From contig OY821641.1 in NCBI GenBank assembly GCA_963555995.3, forward strand, positions 2,816,001-2,880,000: DNA of 64,000 bases, in the 5' to 3' direction. Position 1 is the stretch's first letter. Each line of letters begins with the position of its first letter. Below the pieces are notes generated by a model. The model did no database searches. It was given only the letters and a program-made list of their open reading frames with translations, and was not told the origin of the DNA. The translations under genes and the position numbers were made by a program. Source of the DNA: Vicinamibacteria bacterium (GTDB taxonomy: Bacteria; Acidobacteriota; Vicinamibacteria; Marinacidobacterales; Marinacidobacteraceae). This document shows positions 31,374-43,170 of this stretch, one piece after another.

Positions 31374-32309
31374 TCAAGCCTCGGAGACGGCGACGGGGGT
31401 CGGGTGGAGCGGCGCCGGCCGCTCGCCGGCCCGCCGCAGCAGCGCGGCGAGCGCTCCGTCCGTCACCGGAGATACTGCGGGAGTCCCCCCGCCTTCCTTG
31501 GCGTCCCGGGCCTCCACCGGCGGAGGCCCCGCCGAGCGCACGAGATCGGCGACCGCCGCCGCCCCGTTGCCCAGGATCGAGACGGCGTGGCTGCCGCCCT
31601 CGGTGGCCCGCCGGACGGCCAGCGCGGGAGGATCCGGGTCCAGGGCGGCGCGGAGCTTCATCCGGAAGCCCGTGAGACGTTCGCCCGACGCGGTGGCGAG
31701 AACGAAATGGCGCCGATGGAGCAACAGGAGAAGACGCCGGTCCGCCTTGCCCGCGGCGCGTCCCAGCCACTCGGGAAGATGAGCCAGACTCGTGGCGTCC
31801 ACCCACCGCACCCGCAGCCCCGCCGCTTCGGCGGCCGCCTCGTACTGCTGGGCGACCGGCGAACCCGTCACCGCACCGAGCACGGACCGGCGTCCGAAGG
31901 CACCGGAGGCCAGCGTTCCGAACCGGAAGCGCCCGTCGAGTTCGGACGGAGACGGCGCCGAAGTCGTGGCCAACCCCCGGACGAGCTCCGAGCGGAGCCG
32001 GCGCACTGCCCGCGAACCCGCGCCCTCGGAGAGCCCGGCGTGGGCGGCGCGGTCCGGCAACGCGATCACCGCGTCCCGGAAACCACCGTTCGGGGCGGCC
32101 AGCGCCCGCAGGGCGGCCTGTACCGCTCGGGCCGCCTCCACCGAGGACGCCAGGTTCGGCTCGGTCGGCGAAGGTGTGACGAAGTCCGCCGGCAAGCGCC
32201 AGCGGACCCAACGGCCGTCGCCGGTGCGGATCATCAGGTGGTTCCGCCGGAAGGTCATCGCGACGGCTCGGTCGCGAGGGCCGAGGCGAAGGAGGGGTAT
32301 CGAGGGCAA
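31374..32309 (-). CDS. Divergent PilM-like (actin-fold) protein
   Basis: LPADFVTPSPTEPNL, AVIALPD and QQYEAAAEAAGLRVRWVD resemble Acidobacteria-type PilM. Confidence 0.55.
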   Translation of the reverse strand: MPSIPLLRLGPRDRAVAMTFRRNHLMIRTGDGRWVRWRLPADFVTPSPTEPNLASSVEAARAVQAALRALAAPNGGFRDAVIALPDRAAHAGLSEGAGSRAVRRLRSELVRGLATTSAPSPSELDGRFRFGTLASGAFGRRSVLGAVTGSPVAQQYEAAAEAAGLRVRWVDATSLAHLPEWLGRAAGKADRRLLLLLHRRHFVLATASGERLTGFRMKLRAALDPDPPALAVRRATEGGSHAVSILGNGAAAVADLVRSAGPPPVEARDAKEGGGTPAVSPVTDGALAALLRRAGERPAPLHPTPVAVSEA

Positions 32310-32623
32310 GACTCCGACCGATGGGATGGATTTAGCCTAACTCGATTGACCCCTGGACCGTAGGTGCCGGAAGCGTTGCCCGCGAGACGAGAAGGAAACA
32401 GAACGCCCCGAGAATGGTAGGATCGGCGGTCGGGCTGCGGACGATTTCCGCCCGTGCGAACGAGCGCGGCGGCGATTCGCCCGCGTGACTACCGGCCGAA
32501 CGAGGTCCAGCGTTTCGAGTTGGCGCACGTCGTTCGGCAGCCGGTCCGGGCGCCGGGATCCAGACGATTCCCAAGGAGGTCCCGGCTCGGAGCGAATCCC
32601 TAACGTCCACAATCTGGAGCAGC

Positions 32624-34690
32624 ATGCGCGACTATCAGACCGCCGAACTTCGCAACCTCGCCGTCGTCGGACACGGAACGTCCGGCAAGACAACGCTCGT
32701 GTCGGCGCTCCTCTATGCCGCCGGCGCCGTGACCCGCCTTGCCCGCGTGGAAGACGGAAACACCACGACGGACTTCGAAGAGGACGAAATCGAACGCGGC
32801 ATCAGCCTGAGCGCGGCGCCCACGTACTTCGACTGGGACGGGGTCAAGGTCAACCTGGTGGACACGCCGGGGTACAGCAACTTCCTCACCGAGGCGAAGC
32901 TGGCCATGCCGGTCGCGGACACGGCCCTCATTGCGGTCTGCGCGGTGGACGGCGTGGGGGTCAACACCGAACGGGTCTGGAACTTCGCGGAAGAGAACGG
33001 GGCGGCCGCCATCTTCGCGATCACCCGGATGGACCGCGACCGCGCGTCGTTCGAACGCACCCTGAGTTCGATTCAGGAGACCTTCGGACGCACCGCGATC
33101 CCGGTCCAACTGCCCATCGGAAGCGAGTCCGGGTTCTCCGGGGTCGTGGACCTCATCACGATGAAGGCGATCAGCGGTCCCGGGCCGGACGGAAAGGGGG
33201 CGACGACGGGCGACGTGCCCGCCGAGCTTCAGGAGCAGGCCGAGGCGGCGCGCAACGAGCTCATGGAAATGATCGCCGAATCGGACGAGGAGCTGCTGGA
33301 CCGGTTCTTTTCCGAGGGAGAGCTGACGTCGGAGGAGATGATCCGGGGCCTCAGGACGGCGGTTGCCGCCCGTGCCATCTTCCCGGTGGCGGCGGTGACC
33401 GGAGCACACAACGTGGGAACCACGGCGCTCCTCGACCTGATCGTCGCGGCCGCCCCGGACCCGACCGGACGCGGGCCGGCGCGCGGGGTCAGCGGGGACG
33501 GGGAGCCGGTCGAGCGCGAGGTGGACGGCGGCGCGCCGGCCAGCGTCTACGTGTACAAGACCATCGCCGACCCCTTCGCCGGACGGTTGAGCCTCTTCCG
33601 GGTCATGACCGGCACCGTCGGCCCCGAGACCCAGCTCAAGAACCTGACCACCGGCGGGACCGGGCGGACCGGCGGCGTGAACGTCGTGAACGGGAAGGCC
33701 ATGGAGGCCGTATCGAAGCTGTCGGCCGGCGATCTCGGTTGTTTCGCCAAGCTGCGGGACACCTTCACGGGAGACACGCTCGGCGCTCAGGACGGGATCC
33801 GTTTCGTGCGCCCCGAAGTGCCGCACCCGGTCATCAGCTTCGCCATCGAGCCCAAGTCGAGAGGGGACGAGGAGAAGATCTCCCAGGCGCTGCAGCGGCT
33901 TCGCGAAGAAGACCTGACCCTGAAGTTCGAGCGCGACCAGGAGCTGCTCCTCTCGGGGACGGGGCAGCTCCACATCGAGGTCGTGGTGTCCCGGCTGAAG
34001 CGGAAGTTCGGAGTCGAAGTCGATCTGAAACCGCCGCGGGTGCCGTACCGCGAGACGATCACGGTGACCGCCGAGGCGCACGGGCGGCACAAGAAACAGA
34101 CCGGCGGACACGGCCAGTTCGCCGACTGCCACGTGCGCGTCGAGCCGCTCGAGCGCGGCGGGGAGTTCGAGTTCACGAGCGAGGTGGTGGGCGGCTCGAT
34201 CCCGCGCCAGTTCATCCCGGCGATCGAGAAGGGATTCCAGGAAGCCCGGCAGAAGGGATACCTCGCCGGCTATCCCGTCGTGGACTTCAAGGCGACGGTG
34301 TTCGACGGGAAGTTCCACACGGTCGATTCGTCGGAGATCGCGTTCAAGATCGCCGCGTCCCTCGCGTTCAAGGACGCGATGTCGAAGTGCCGGCCGACGC
34401 TGCTCGAACCGATCATGTCCGTCGTGATCACGGTTCCGGACGAGAACACGGGAGATGTCCTGGGCGATCTGAACTCGCGCCGCGGCCGCACCCAGGGCAT
34501 GGACCGGAAGGGCTCGCAGACCGCGATCACGGCGCAGGCGCCCATGGCCGAGATGCTCACCTACGAACCGACGCTGACCTCCCTCACCGGGGGACGCGGG
34601 GGCTTCCACATGGAGTTTTCCCACTACGACCCGGTGCCGGGGAATCTGGCGAAGGCCCTGATCGAGGCGTACCAGTCGCGGAACGACTAG
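32624..34690 (+). CDS. Elongation factor G paralog (EF-G2-like)
   Basis: GHGTSGKT, ERGISL, DTPGY, HKKQTGGHGQF and VDSSEIAF; full five-domain length. Confidence 0.9.
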   Translation: MRDYQTAELRNLAVVGHGTSGKTTLVSALLYAAGAVTRLARVEDGNTTTDFEEDEIERGISLSAAPTYFDWDGVKVNLVDTPGYSNFLTEAKLAMPVADTALIAVCAVDGVGVNTERVWNFAEENGAAAIFAITRMDRDRASFERTLSSIQETFGRTAIPVQLPIGSESGFSGVVDLITMKAISGPGPDGKGATTGDVPAELQEQAEAARNELMEMIAESDEELLDRFFSEGELTSEEMIRGLRTAVAARAIFPVAAVTGAHNVGTTALLDLIVAAAPDPTGRGPARGVSGDGEPVEREVDGGAPASVYVYKTIADPFAGRLSLFRVMTGTVGPETQLKNLTTGGTGRTGGVNVVNGKAMEAVSKLSAGDLGCFAKLRDTFTGDTLGAQDGIRFVRPEVPHPVISFAIEPKSRGDEEKISQALQRLREEDLTLKFERDQELLLSGTGQLHIEVVVSRLKRKFGVEVDLKPPRVPYRETITVTAEAHGRHKKQTGGHGQFADCHVRVEPLERGGEFEFTSEVVGGSIPRQFIPAIEKGFQEARQKGYLAGYPVVDFKATVFDGKFHTVDSSEIAFKIAASLAFKDAMSKCRPTLLEPIMSVVITVPDENTGDVLGDLNSRRGRTQGMDRKGSQTAITAQAPMAEMLTYEPTLTSLTGGRGGFHMEFSHYDPVPGNLAKALIEAYQSRND

Positions 34691-34730
34691 CCGTTCGGCA
34701 AGGCGCCGTGAGGCTGGGTGAGGTTACGAC

Positions 34731-34780
34731 GTGCGCGGTGCCGAGCACCGCGTGCCGGTCGGAGACCGGCGTTCCAAGCC
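34731..34780. repeat. REP-like double hairpin between convergent EF-G2 and rplQ genes
   Basis: CGCGGTGC-CGA-GCACCGCG followed by GCCGGTC-GGA-GACCGGCGTTCCAAG. Confidence 0.8.
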
Positions 34781-34786
34781 GTTCCG

Positions 34787-35140
34787 TTAGTCGACGAACT
34801 CGATGCGCGCCATGGGGGCGCCGTCGCCGTGGCGGGGACCGAGCTTGAGGATCCGGGTGTAGCCGCCGGGACGCTCCTGGAACCGGGGCGCCACCTCGCT
34901 GAAGAGATGGCGGACCACCGCTTTCCGGGGCAGGATCTGGAGCGCGCGGCGACGCGCCGCGAGGTCCGACCGGCGCCCGAGGGTGACGAGCCGCTCGACG
35001 AACGGACGCACTTCCTTCGCCTTGGCGAGCGTGGTGCGCAGGTGTCCGTGCTCGATCAGGGTGGCGGCCAGGTTCCGCAGCAGGGCGCGCCGGTGCGATG
35101 GCCGGCGGCCGAGCTTGCGGTGTGCCAACTGGTGACGCAT
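34787..35140 (-). CDS. rplQ: 50S ribosomal protein L17
   Basis: MRH...KLGR, RPGGYTRILK. Confidence 0.97.
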   Translation of the reverse strand: MRHQLAHRKLGRRPSHRRALLRNLAATLIEHGHLRTTLAKAKEVRPFVERLVTLGRRSDLAARRRALQILPRKAVVRHLFSEVAPRFQERPGGYTRILKLGPRHGDGAPMARIEFVD

Positions 35141-35141
35141 T

Positions 35142-36089
35142 TCAGCCCTGTCCCATTCCCAGCTTCAGGCCGAGACCGTCGAGAATCCTCTCGACTTCCT
35201 CGATGCTCTTCCGCCCGATGTTGCGCTCCCGCAGCAACTCCTGCTCGCTCTTGACCACGAGGTCGCCGATCGTGGCGATGTCGGCGTTCCGCAGTCCGTT
35301 GTACGCGCGGACCGAAAGCTGATCCGCGTAGTCGTCAATGGACGTGTTGCGATGCAGCTCGTAGGCCTTCTGCTCGTCGCTGATCACGACGTCTTCCGTC
35401 GCTTCTCCCTCGCCGCCCACGAAGATCCCCAGCATCTCCCGCAGCAGGCGGGCGGCGGTGGTGACCGCCTCCTGGGGCCGGATCGAACCGTTCGTGTGCA
35501 CGTCGATCACGAGCTTGTCGAGGTCCGTGTCCTGGCCCACCCGCGCCGGTTCGACCTTGTAGTTGACCTTGCGGACCGGAGAATGCGTCGAATCGAGAGG
35601 GATGTAGCCGACCTCCAGGTCCGTATCCCGGTTCCGCTCCGCCTGGATGTAGCCGCGGCCGTTCTTCACCCGCATCTCGATGTCCAGCTCGGCCGGCTGG
35701 GTGATGGTCGCGAGGTGCACGTCCGGGTCGAGGATCTCGACGTTGGGATCCGTCTCGATGTCTCCCGAGGTCAGGGAACCGGTCTTCCTTCCCTTGAGCC
35801 GGATGGTCCTCGGCTGCGCCCCGTGGAGCCGCAGGGGGATCCGCTTGATGTTCAGGATGATGTCGAGGGTGTCTTCCTTGACCCCGGGAATCGTGGACAT
35901 CTCGTGCTGCACACCGTCGAACTTGACCGCGGTGACCGCTGCGCCCTGAATGGAGGAAATCAGCAACCGGCGCAGGGCGTTGCCGATGGTGACCCCGTAG
36001 CCCCGCTCGAAGGGATGAGCGGAAAACCGACCGAAGTCGTCACTGCTGGTCTCGATGTTGAGGCCGCTGGGCCTCCGAAGTTCGGACAT
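35142..36089 (-). CDS. rpoA: RNA polymerase alpha subunit
   Basis: PFERGYGVTIGNALRR, HSPVRKVNY and alpha-CTD LSVRAYNGL...NIGRKS. Confidence 0.97.
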   Translation of the reverse strand: MSELRRPSGLNIETSSDDFGRFSAHPFERGYGVTIGNALRRLLISSIQGAAVTAVKFDGVQHEMSTIPGVKEDTLDIILNIKRIPLRLHGAQPRTIRLKGRKTGSLTSGDIETDPNVEILDPDVHLATITQPAELDIEMRVKNGRGYIQAERNRDTDLEVGYIPLDSTHSPVRKVNYKVEPARVGQDTDLDKLVIDVHTNGSIRPQEAVTTAARLLREMLGIFVGGEGEATEDVVISDEQKAYELHRNTSIDDYADQLSVRAYNGLRNADIATIGDLVVKSEQELLRERNIGRKSIEEVERILDGLGLKLGMGQG

Positions 36090-36120
36090 AAGCGCCGTCT
36101 CTCCTTTCCTTTCTGCCCCG

Positions 36121-36753
36121 TTAGCGCGAGTAGAGCTCGACGATGAGCTGGTCGCGGATCTTCAGTTGCGGGTCCTCGCCGGAGGGGAGCGTGACAACCC
36201 GTCCCGACGCCATGTCATCCTCTTCACGCTGAAGCCATTCCGGAACCGTGCGGCCTTCGGCGCGTTCCATGATCGCCTTGAAGAAATCCTTCTTGCGCGT
36301 CTTGTCGCAGACGCGGATCACGTCTCCCTCGTTGATGATGTTGGACGGAATGTCCACGCGTTTCCCGTTCACCTCGACGTGTCCGTGCCGGACGAAGAGC
36401 CGGGCCGCGGCCCGGGAGGGAGCCAGACCCAATCGGTAAACGGCGTTGTCGAGCCGGCGCTCCAGGAGCTGGAGCAGGAACGTTCCGGTCACGGCGCGCT
36501 CGCGTTCGGCGCGATCGAAGTACAGGCGGAACTGACGCTCGAGCAGGCCATAGGCGCGCTTCGCCTTCTGCTTCTCGCGAAGCTGAAGTCCGTAGCCCTG
36601 AACGCGGCTGCGACGGGTCTTCCCGTGGGCTCCGGGCGCGAAGTTGCGCTTGTCGATGGCGCACTTCGGGCTGAGGCAGCGATCGCCCTTCAGAAAGAGC
36701 TTGGCCCCCTCCCGGCGGCACAGCCGGCAGACGGGACCTCGATATCTCGCCAA
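36121..36753 (-). CDS. rpsD: 30S ribosomal protein S4
   Basis: MARYRGPVCRLCRREG, QLREKQK and LERRLDN. Confidence 0.97.
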   Translation of the reverse strand: MARYRGPVCRLCRREGAKLFLKGDRCLSPKCAIDKRNFAPGAHGKTRRSRVQGYGLQLREKQKAKRAYGLLERQFRLYFDRAERERAVTGTFLLQLLERRLDNAVYRLGLAPSRAAARLFVRHGHVEVNGKRVDIPSNIINEGDVIRVCDKTRKKDFFKAIMERAEGRTVPEWLQREEDDMASGRVVTLPSGEDPQLKIRDQLIVELYSR

Positions 36754-36762
36754 GATGTCCTC

Positions 36763-36988
36763 CTAACAGCCTGTGGCCACTGCCTGGCTGCGTCCGTTCG
36801 CGGCGCAACGCGCCGCGGGGGTGGGGTGTGGGGAAGGGATTCCCCTCCCCACGAAAGAACGTGGCATGAATCGCGCAGCGATTCGCGTCACCCCGTGGGG
36901 AAAGCGCCCCGCACGCACGACAGCCCCCAGTTTGGGCGTCCGTGACGTCCTGAGTACGGTGCGGGGTGCTTTTTCCACGGGCTGTTAG
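36763..36988 (+). mobile_element. 226-bp element with the same terminal inverted repeats but a different interior, copy E
   Basis: CTAACAGCCTGTGG...CCACGGGCTGTTAG ends enclosing four hairpins; lies between the rpsK stop and the rpsD SD. Confidence 0.65.
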
Positions 36989-37386
36989 TTCCGCCGTTTT
37001 TTGGGAGGGCGGCACCCGTTGTGTGGGATCGGGGTGACGTCCTTGATCGTCTTCACCTCGATTCCGGCGGCGGCTACGGCCCGGATCGCGGCTTCGCGTC
37101 CGGCGCCGGGGCCTTTCACCTTGACGTCCACATGCGTGCAGCCGAGGGCGCGGGCTTCGCGTGAGGCCGCGCCCGCCGCCTGCTGCGCCGCGAACGGCGT
37201 CTGTTTCCGGGAACCCTTGAAGCCCTGCGATCCGGCGCTGGCCCAGCAGACCACGTTTCCGGCCGGATCCGCGAAGGTGATGATCGTGTTGTGGTACGTC
37301 GCCTGGATGGATACGACGCCGGCGGTCAGCGTGCGCTTCTCGCGCTTCTTCCCGGTCCGGCGGCGGGCGGTCTTCTTCTTTGCCAT
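36985..37386 (-). CDS. rpsK: 30S ribosomal protein S11
   Basis: [14 protein letters not shown] and [14 protein letters not shown]. Confidence 0.97.
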   Translation of the reverse strand: MAKKKTARRRTGKKREKRTLTAGVVSIQATYHNTIITFADPAGNVVCWASAGSQGFKGSRKQTPFAAQQAAGAASREARALGCTHVDVKVKGPGAGREAAIRAVAAAGIEVKTIKDVTPIPHNGCRPPKKRRN

Positions 37387-37397
37387 GTCTTGTCTTC

Positions 37398-37763
37398 CTA
37401 GCGCCGGCGCATTCCGACCCGGCGGGGGCCGCGGCGGGTCCGGGCGTTGGTCTTGGTGCGCTGGCCCCGTGCCGGGAGGCCCCGGCGATGGCGGAGCCCG
37501 CGGTAGCACCCGATGTCCATGAGGCGCTTCAGGTCCATCGAGATCCGCTTCCTCAGGTCTCCTTCGACGCCGCCTTCGTCATCAATGGCCCGGCCGATCC
37601 GGCTCACCTCTTCCTCGGTCAGGTCGCTGACCCGGCGGTGGCGTTCGATCCCCACCCGGTCGAGGATGGTCACCGCGCGGTGGGATCCCACGCCGTAGAT
37701 GTACGTCAGCCCGATATCAATGCGCTTGGCGCGCGGCAGGTCAACGCCGGCAATTCTGGCCAT
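37398..37763 (-). CDS. rpsM: 30S ribosomal protein S13
   Basis: [10 protein letters not shown] and [12 protein letters not shown]. Confidence 0.97.
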   Translation of the reverse strand: MARIAGVDLPRAKRIDIGLTYIYGVGSHRAVTILDRVGIERHRRVSDLTEEEVSRIGRAIDDEGGVEGDLRKRISMDLKRLMDIGCYRGLRHRRGLPARGQRTKTNARTRRGPRRVGMRRR

Positions 37764-37786
37764 CGGTCAGTCTCTCCCTGTTTCCA

Positions 37787-37900
37787 TCACCCTTGGCGCT
37801 GCTTGTGCTTCGGGTTTTCGCAGATCACCCGCACGACCCCTCGGCGGCGGACGATCTTGCACTTGGCGCAGATGCGCCGAACGGACGCGCGAACCTTCAT
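37787..37900 (-). CDS. rpmJ: 50S ribosomal protein L36 (Zn-ribbon type)
   Basis: Translated by eye: [37 protein letters not shown]; too short for the ORF track. Confidence 0.95.
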   Translation of the reverse strand: MKVRASVRRICAKCKIVRRRGVVRVICENPKHKQRQG

Positions 37901-37910
37901 GCTGCCGCTC

Positions 37911-38132
37911 CTACTTGCACCGGTAAACGATCCGGCCGCGGCTCAGATCGTAGGGGGAAAGCTCCACCAGCACGCGGTCCCCCGGCAGTACCTTGATGAA
38001 GCTCTTCCGCATCTTTCCCGACACGTGGGCGAGCACCTTGTGATCGCCGGTATCGAGCTTGACCCGGAACATGGCGTTTGGCAGAGGCTCCATGACGGTC
38101 GCCTCCACGGAAATAGCGTCTTCCTTAGACAT
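37911..38132 (-). CDS. infA: Translation initiation factor IF-1
   Basis: [10 protein letters not shown] and [13 protein letters not shown]. Confidence 0.97.
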   Translation of the reverse strand: MSKEDAISVEATVMEPLPNAMFRVKLDTGDHKVLAHVSGKMRKSFIKVLPGDRVLVELSPYDLSRGRIVYRCK

Positions 38133-38916
38133 GATCTTCCTCTGAACCCGGGTTGGCGGGGTTCTGCCCTCTGGGCTCCGCCAGAATCCAGGGACCGCCC
38201 TCCATGACCGCGATGGATCGTTCGAAGTGCGCGGAGGCGCTGCCGTCCACGGTGACCACCGTCCAGCGATCCCGCTTCACGCGCACATCCGGGCTCCCGC
38301 GATTCACCATGGGTTCGATCGCGATCACGGCGCCCGGAATCAGGCGAGTCCGTTTCCCGGGATCATAGAAGTTCGGGATCCAGGGCTCCGCGTGCAGGCT
38401 CGTTCCGATCCCGTGTCCGCCGTATTCGCGCACCACGGAATAGCCGCGGCTCTCGGCATGGGTCTGCACGGCCTGCCCGATGTCCGAAACGCTGTTTCCG
38501 GGACGGGCGGCTCCGATTCCGGCGTAGAGAGCCCCCTCGGTCACCTGCAGCAGACGCGCCACTTCCTCGTCAATCCGGCCGACCGCGACGGTGGTCGCGT
38601 TGTCCCCGTAGTAGCCGTCCACGATGCAGCCGAAGTCGAGGCTCACGATGTCGCCCTCCTTCAGCTTCCGCCAACGGGACGGGATGCCGTGGACGACCTC
38701 GTCGTTGATCGAAACGCACAGGGAGGCGGGAAACCCGTGATATCCCTTGAAGGCGGGAGTCACGCCGTGGCGTCGCAGGTTGTCCGCCGCCACGCGGTCG
38801 AGGTGGGCCGTGGTCACGCCCGGCTCCACCGTGCGGGCGAGCAGCTCCAGCGTCTCCACGGTGATCGCGTTGGCCTGGTGGAGCTTGTCGAGCTCGACGT
38901 CGGAACGGGAGATCAC
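38125..38916 (-). CDS. map: Methionine aminopeptidase type I
   Basis: [24 protein letters not shown] and SAHFE; GTG start overlaps the adk stop. Confidence 0.95.
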   Translation of the reverse strand: MISRSDVELDKLHQANAITVETLELLARTVEPGVTTAHLDRVAADNLRRHGVTPAFKGYHGFPASLCVSINDEVVHGIPSRWRKLKEGDIVSLDFGCIVDGYYGDNATTVAVGRIDEEVARLLQVTEGALYAGIGAARPGNSVSDIGQAVQTHAESRGYSVVREYGGHGIGTSLHAEPWIPNFYDPGKRTRLIPGAVIAIEPMVNRGSPDVRVKRDRWTVVTVDGSASAHFERSIAVMEGGPWILAEPRGQNPANPGSEEDHV

Positions 38917-39494
38917 GAGGTCACCAACTGCGCCGCTCTGAACGGCAGCGCGGCGCACAGACGGCTGAAGACGTCGTCGCGGGACCCGAGTCCCGAGACG
39001 CTCGCGGCGCGGTCCCCGTAGTAGTCGAGGAGCGGAAAGGACTCGGATTCGTAAACCTCGAGCCGGCGGCGGAAGGCTTCCTCGCTGTCGTCCTGCCGGC
39101 CGTCGGTCCCGCGCCGACCGCGGACCCGGGCGGCCAGTTCCTCCGCGGGGACGGCGATGTTCGCAATCCACTCGGTGGCGCCGAGCCTCGACAGGACCGC
39201 ACCCAGCGCCCGGGCCTGCGCCCGGTTCCGCGGATAGCCGTCGAGAATGAAACCCCGGCTGCAATCGGGAGCGGAGATCCTCTCCTCGACGATCCCCAGC
39301 ACGATCTCGTCGCTCACCAGGCGGCCGGCGGCCATGATGTCGCGGGCCGCCCTCCCGAGTTCCGTGCCGTCCGCGACCGCCTGCCGCAGAATGGCCCCGG
39401 TCGAGATGTGGGGCAACCCCAGCGACTCGGCGAGCCGCGCCGCCTGGGTCCCCTTTCCGGACCCGGGAGCGCCGAGAAGAATGACCGCGTTCAT
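38913..39494 (-). CDS. adk: Adenylate kinase (short, LID-less form)
   Basis: LGAPGSGKGTQ, HISTG, LDGYPR and GRQDD. Confidence 0.95.
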   Translation of the reverse strand: MNAVILLGAPGSGKGTQAARLAESLGLPHISTGAILRQAVADGTELGRAARDIMAAGRLVSDEIVLGIVEERISAPDCSRGFILDGYPRNRAQARALGAVLSRLGATEWIANIAVPAEELAARVRGRRGTDGRQDDSEEAFRRRLEVYESESFPLLDYYGDRAASVSGLGSRDDVFSRLCAALPFRAAQLVTS

Positions 39495-39511
39495 GTCAGC
39501 TCCGGCACACC

Positions 39512-40893
<1,382 letters not shown>

Positions 40894-40897
<4 letters not shown>

Positions 40898-41439
40898 TTC
40901 TCGTCTTCGGAGTTGCCGGCGTCCGCGCCGATGAAGGCCACGGTCCCGCCGGCGGCTTCGATCTTCCGGCGCGCGGAAGCGCTGAAGGCGTGGGCGTGGA
41001 CGGTGAGCCGCTTCTCCAACTCACCTCCGCCGAGGACCTTGATGCGGAACGGACGGGGGCGGACCAGCAGGGGAGATCCCTCCGGGTGAGGCCGGTAGAT
41101 CCGCGCTCCGTGAATCAGGCGGGCGGCCACCAGTTCGATCTCGCCGACGGTCGAACCGTCTTCGAAACGGTTGAGGTCACCCAGATTGACGACCTCCTGA
41201 CGGGTTCTGAAGATGTTCGTGAACCCGCGCTTCGGCACGCGGCGCACGAGCGGCATCTGGCCGCCCTCGAAGCCACGGCGGAGCGAGTACCCGGACCGCG
41301 ACTTGGCTCCCTTGTGGCCGCGCCCGGCAGTCTTGCCGGTGCCTGATCCCGGGCCGCGTCCCACCCGCTTGCGGGGCCGGACGGCGCCCTCGGGCGGCGC
41401 CAGTTCATGAAGGCTCACTTGCTCGTCCTCATTCACCAT
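40894..41439 (-). CDS. rplO: 50S ribosomal protein L15
   Basis: [20 protein letters not shown] and FEGGQMPL. Confidence 0.96.
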
Positions 41440-41683
41440 CGGCCGGAACGGCCGTCTCTTGCGCTTGCGTCGTTTCGACGATGCGGACGAGGTGCGGAAC
41501 GCGCCGCACCATCCCGCGGATCATCGGGTTGTCCGGCCGGGAAGCGGTCGCTCCCAGTCGGCGAAGCCCCAGGCCCTTCACGACTTCGCGCTGGTAGCGG
41601 GTCGTGCCCGCCAGGCCGCGCACGAGTTGCACGACGATCCGGGGCTGGCCCGGGCTGGCCGCGGTGTCTTCTGGCTGCGTCAT
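41429..41683 (-). CDS. rpmD: 50S ribosomal protein L30
   Basis: GLGLRR...[16 protein letters not shown]; position between rpsE and rplO. Confidence 0.9.
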   Translation of the reverse strand: MTQPEDTAASPGQPRIVVQLVRGLAGTTRYQREVVKGLGLRRLGATASRPDNPMIRGMVRRVPHLVRIVETTQAQETAVPADGE

Positions 41684-41687
41684 GGCG

Positions 41688-42245
41688 CTAGGCGCGGATC
41701 TCCGCCTCGATGTGGCTCACGTCCTTCCCCCGAAGCTCCGCCACCGCGGCCTTCGAGCGGAGCGAGAGGAGCGCGACCATCGTCGCCTCCACCACGTTCT
41801 TCGGATTGGCGGTTCCGAGCGACTTGGTCAGGATGTCCTTGATTCCGGCGAGCTCGATGACGGCGCGCACCGGGCCGCCCGCGATCACCCCGGTCCCCTC
41901 CGAGGCCGGCTTGAGCAGGACCCGGCCCGCTCCGAACACGCCCACCACCTCGTGAGCGATGGTGGTTCCCTCGCGGGGGACCATCGTCAGGTTCTTCTTG
42001 GCGATCTCGATTCCCTTCTTGATCGCCGCCGGCACCTCGCGCGCCTTGCCAAGGCCGAAACCCACCCGGCCGTCCTCGTTTCCAACCACGACCAGCGCGG
42101 AAAAGGAGAGGTTCTTGCCACCCTTGACCACCTTGGTCACCCGGTTGATCGAGACGACCTTGTCCTTGAGATCGGGATCGCCGGTGCGCTCCACCTGCGT
42201 GTTGCGCGAACCGCTGCGAGGCCTCGATCGGCCGCCCGCGTCCAT
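41688..42245 (-). CDS. rpsE: 30S ribosomal protein S5
   Basis: [11 protein letters not shown] and [12 protein letters not shown]; alternative start at 42254. Confidence 0.96.
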   Translation of the reverse strand: MDAGGRSRPRSGSRNTQVERTGDPDLKDKVVSINRVTKVVKGGKNLSFSALVVVGNEDGRVGFGLGKAREVPAAIKKGIEIAKKNLTMVPREGTTIAHEVVGVFGAGRVLLKPASEGTGVIAGGPVRAVIELAGIKDILTKSLGTANPKNVVEATMVALLSLRSKAAVAELRGKDVSHIEAEIRA

Positions 42246-42247
42246 GT

Positions 42248-42601
42248 TCAGCACTGAATCCCTCCATTCCTCACCGCGTCGGCAAGGGCCTTGATCCGGC
42301 CGTGGTACTGGGACCCGCCGCGATCGAAGACGACGGTCTCGATGCCGGCGGCGCGGGCCCGCTCGGCCAGCTTCTCGCCGACCAGGGCGGCGCCCCGGGC
42401 GTTTCCGCCGGCCTCGATCCCGGTCTCGCGGCTTCCCGCGGCAACGAGGGTCCTGCCGGCAGCGTCGTCAATCACCTGCGCATAGATGTGCTTCAACGAG
42501 CGATAGACTGCGAGCCGCGGGCGCTCGGCAGTGCCGGCGATCTTCCGACGGATGCGGGCATGGATGCGCCGCCTGCGCTGGCGGCGGGTCGTGATTCGCA
42601 T
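42248..42601 (-). CDS. rplR: 50S ribosomal protein L18
   Basis: [16 protein letters not shown] and VFDRGG..YHGR. Confidence 0.96.
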   Translation of the reverse strand: MRITTRRQRRRRIHARIRRKIAGTAERPRLAVYRSLKHIYAQVIDDAAGRTLVAAGSRETGIEAGGNARGAALVGEKLAERARAAGIETVVFDRGGSQYHGRIKALADAVRNGGIQC

Positions 42602-42634
42602 GGCTCTTCGGTCCTCGAGCTCTCTTCCTCGGGA

Positions 42635-43168
42635 TCAGGCCCCGGTCTTTCCTGCCTTCTTGATGAGGCGTTCGCCGGTGTAGCGAACCCCCTTCTGCTT
42701 GTACGGGTCCGGCTTGCGGAGCGCGCGGATGCGCGCCGCCACCTGCCCGACGGCCTGCTTGTCGGCGCCCGACACGACGACGTGGGTGTTCTTCTCGACC
42801 CGGACGTCGATCCCGTCGGGCAACGTGAACTCGATGGGATGGGAATACCCCAGCGCGAAGGAAACGTTCCGTCCCTTCACCTGCGCCCGGTAGCCGACTC
42901 CCACGATGTCCAGCTCCTTCTGGAAGCCCTCGGAGACGCCGGTCACCGCGTTCGCGAGCAGCGCCCGGGTGAGCCCCCAGTAGGCCCGGTTCGCGGACGT
43001 TTCCCGAAGGGACACCTGGGCCACGCTGCCGTCGAGCTTCACCTCGATTCCGGGGAGGAGCGGACTCGTGAGGACGCCCTTCGGGCCCTTCACGCGGACC
43101 TCGGAACTCGCGATGGAGATCGAGACCCCGGACGGAACGGGGATCGGCTTGGCGCCTATGCGAGACAT
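42635..43168 (-). CDS. rplF: 50S ribosomal protein L6
   Basis: MSRIGAKPI and [13 protein letters not shown]. Confidence 0.97.
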   Translation of the reverse strand: MSRIGAKPIPVPSGVSISIASSEVRVKGPKGVLTSPLLPGIEVKLDGSVAQVSLRETSANRAYWGLTRALLANAVTGVSEGFQKELDIVGVGYRAQVKGRNVSFALGYSHPIEFTLPDGIDVRVEKNTHVVVSGADKQAVGQVAARIRALRKPDPYKQKGVRYTGERLIKKAGKTGA

Positions 43169-43170
43169 GA

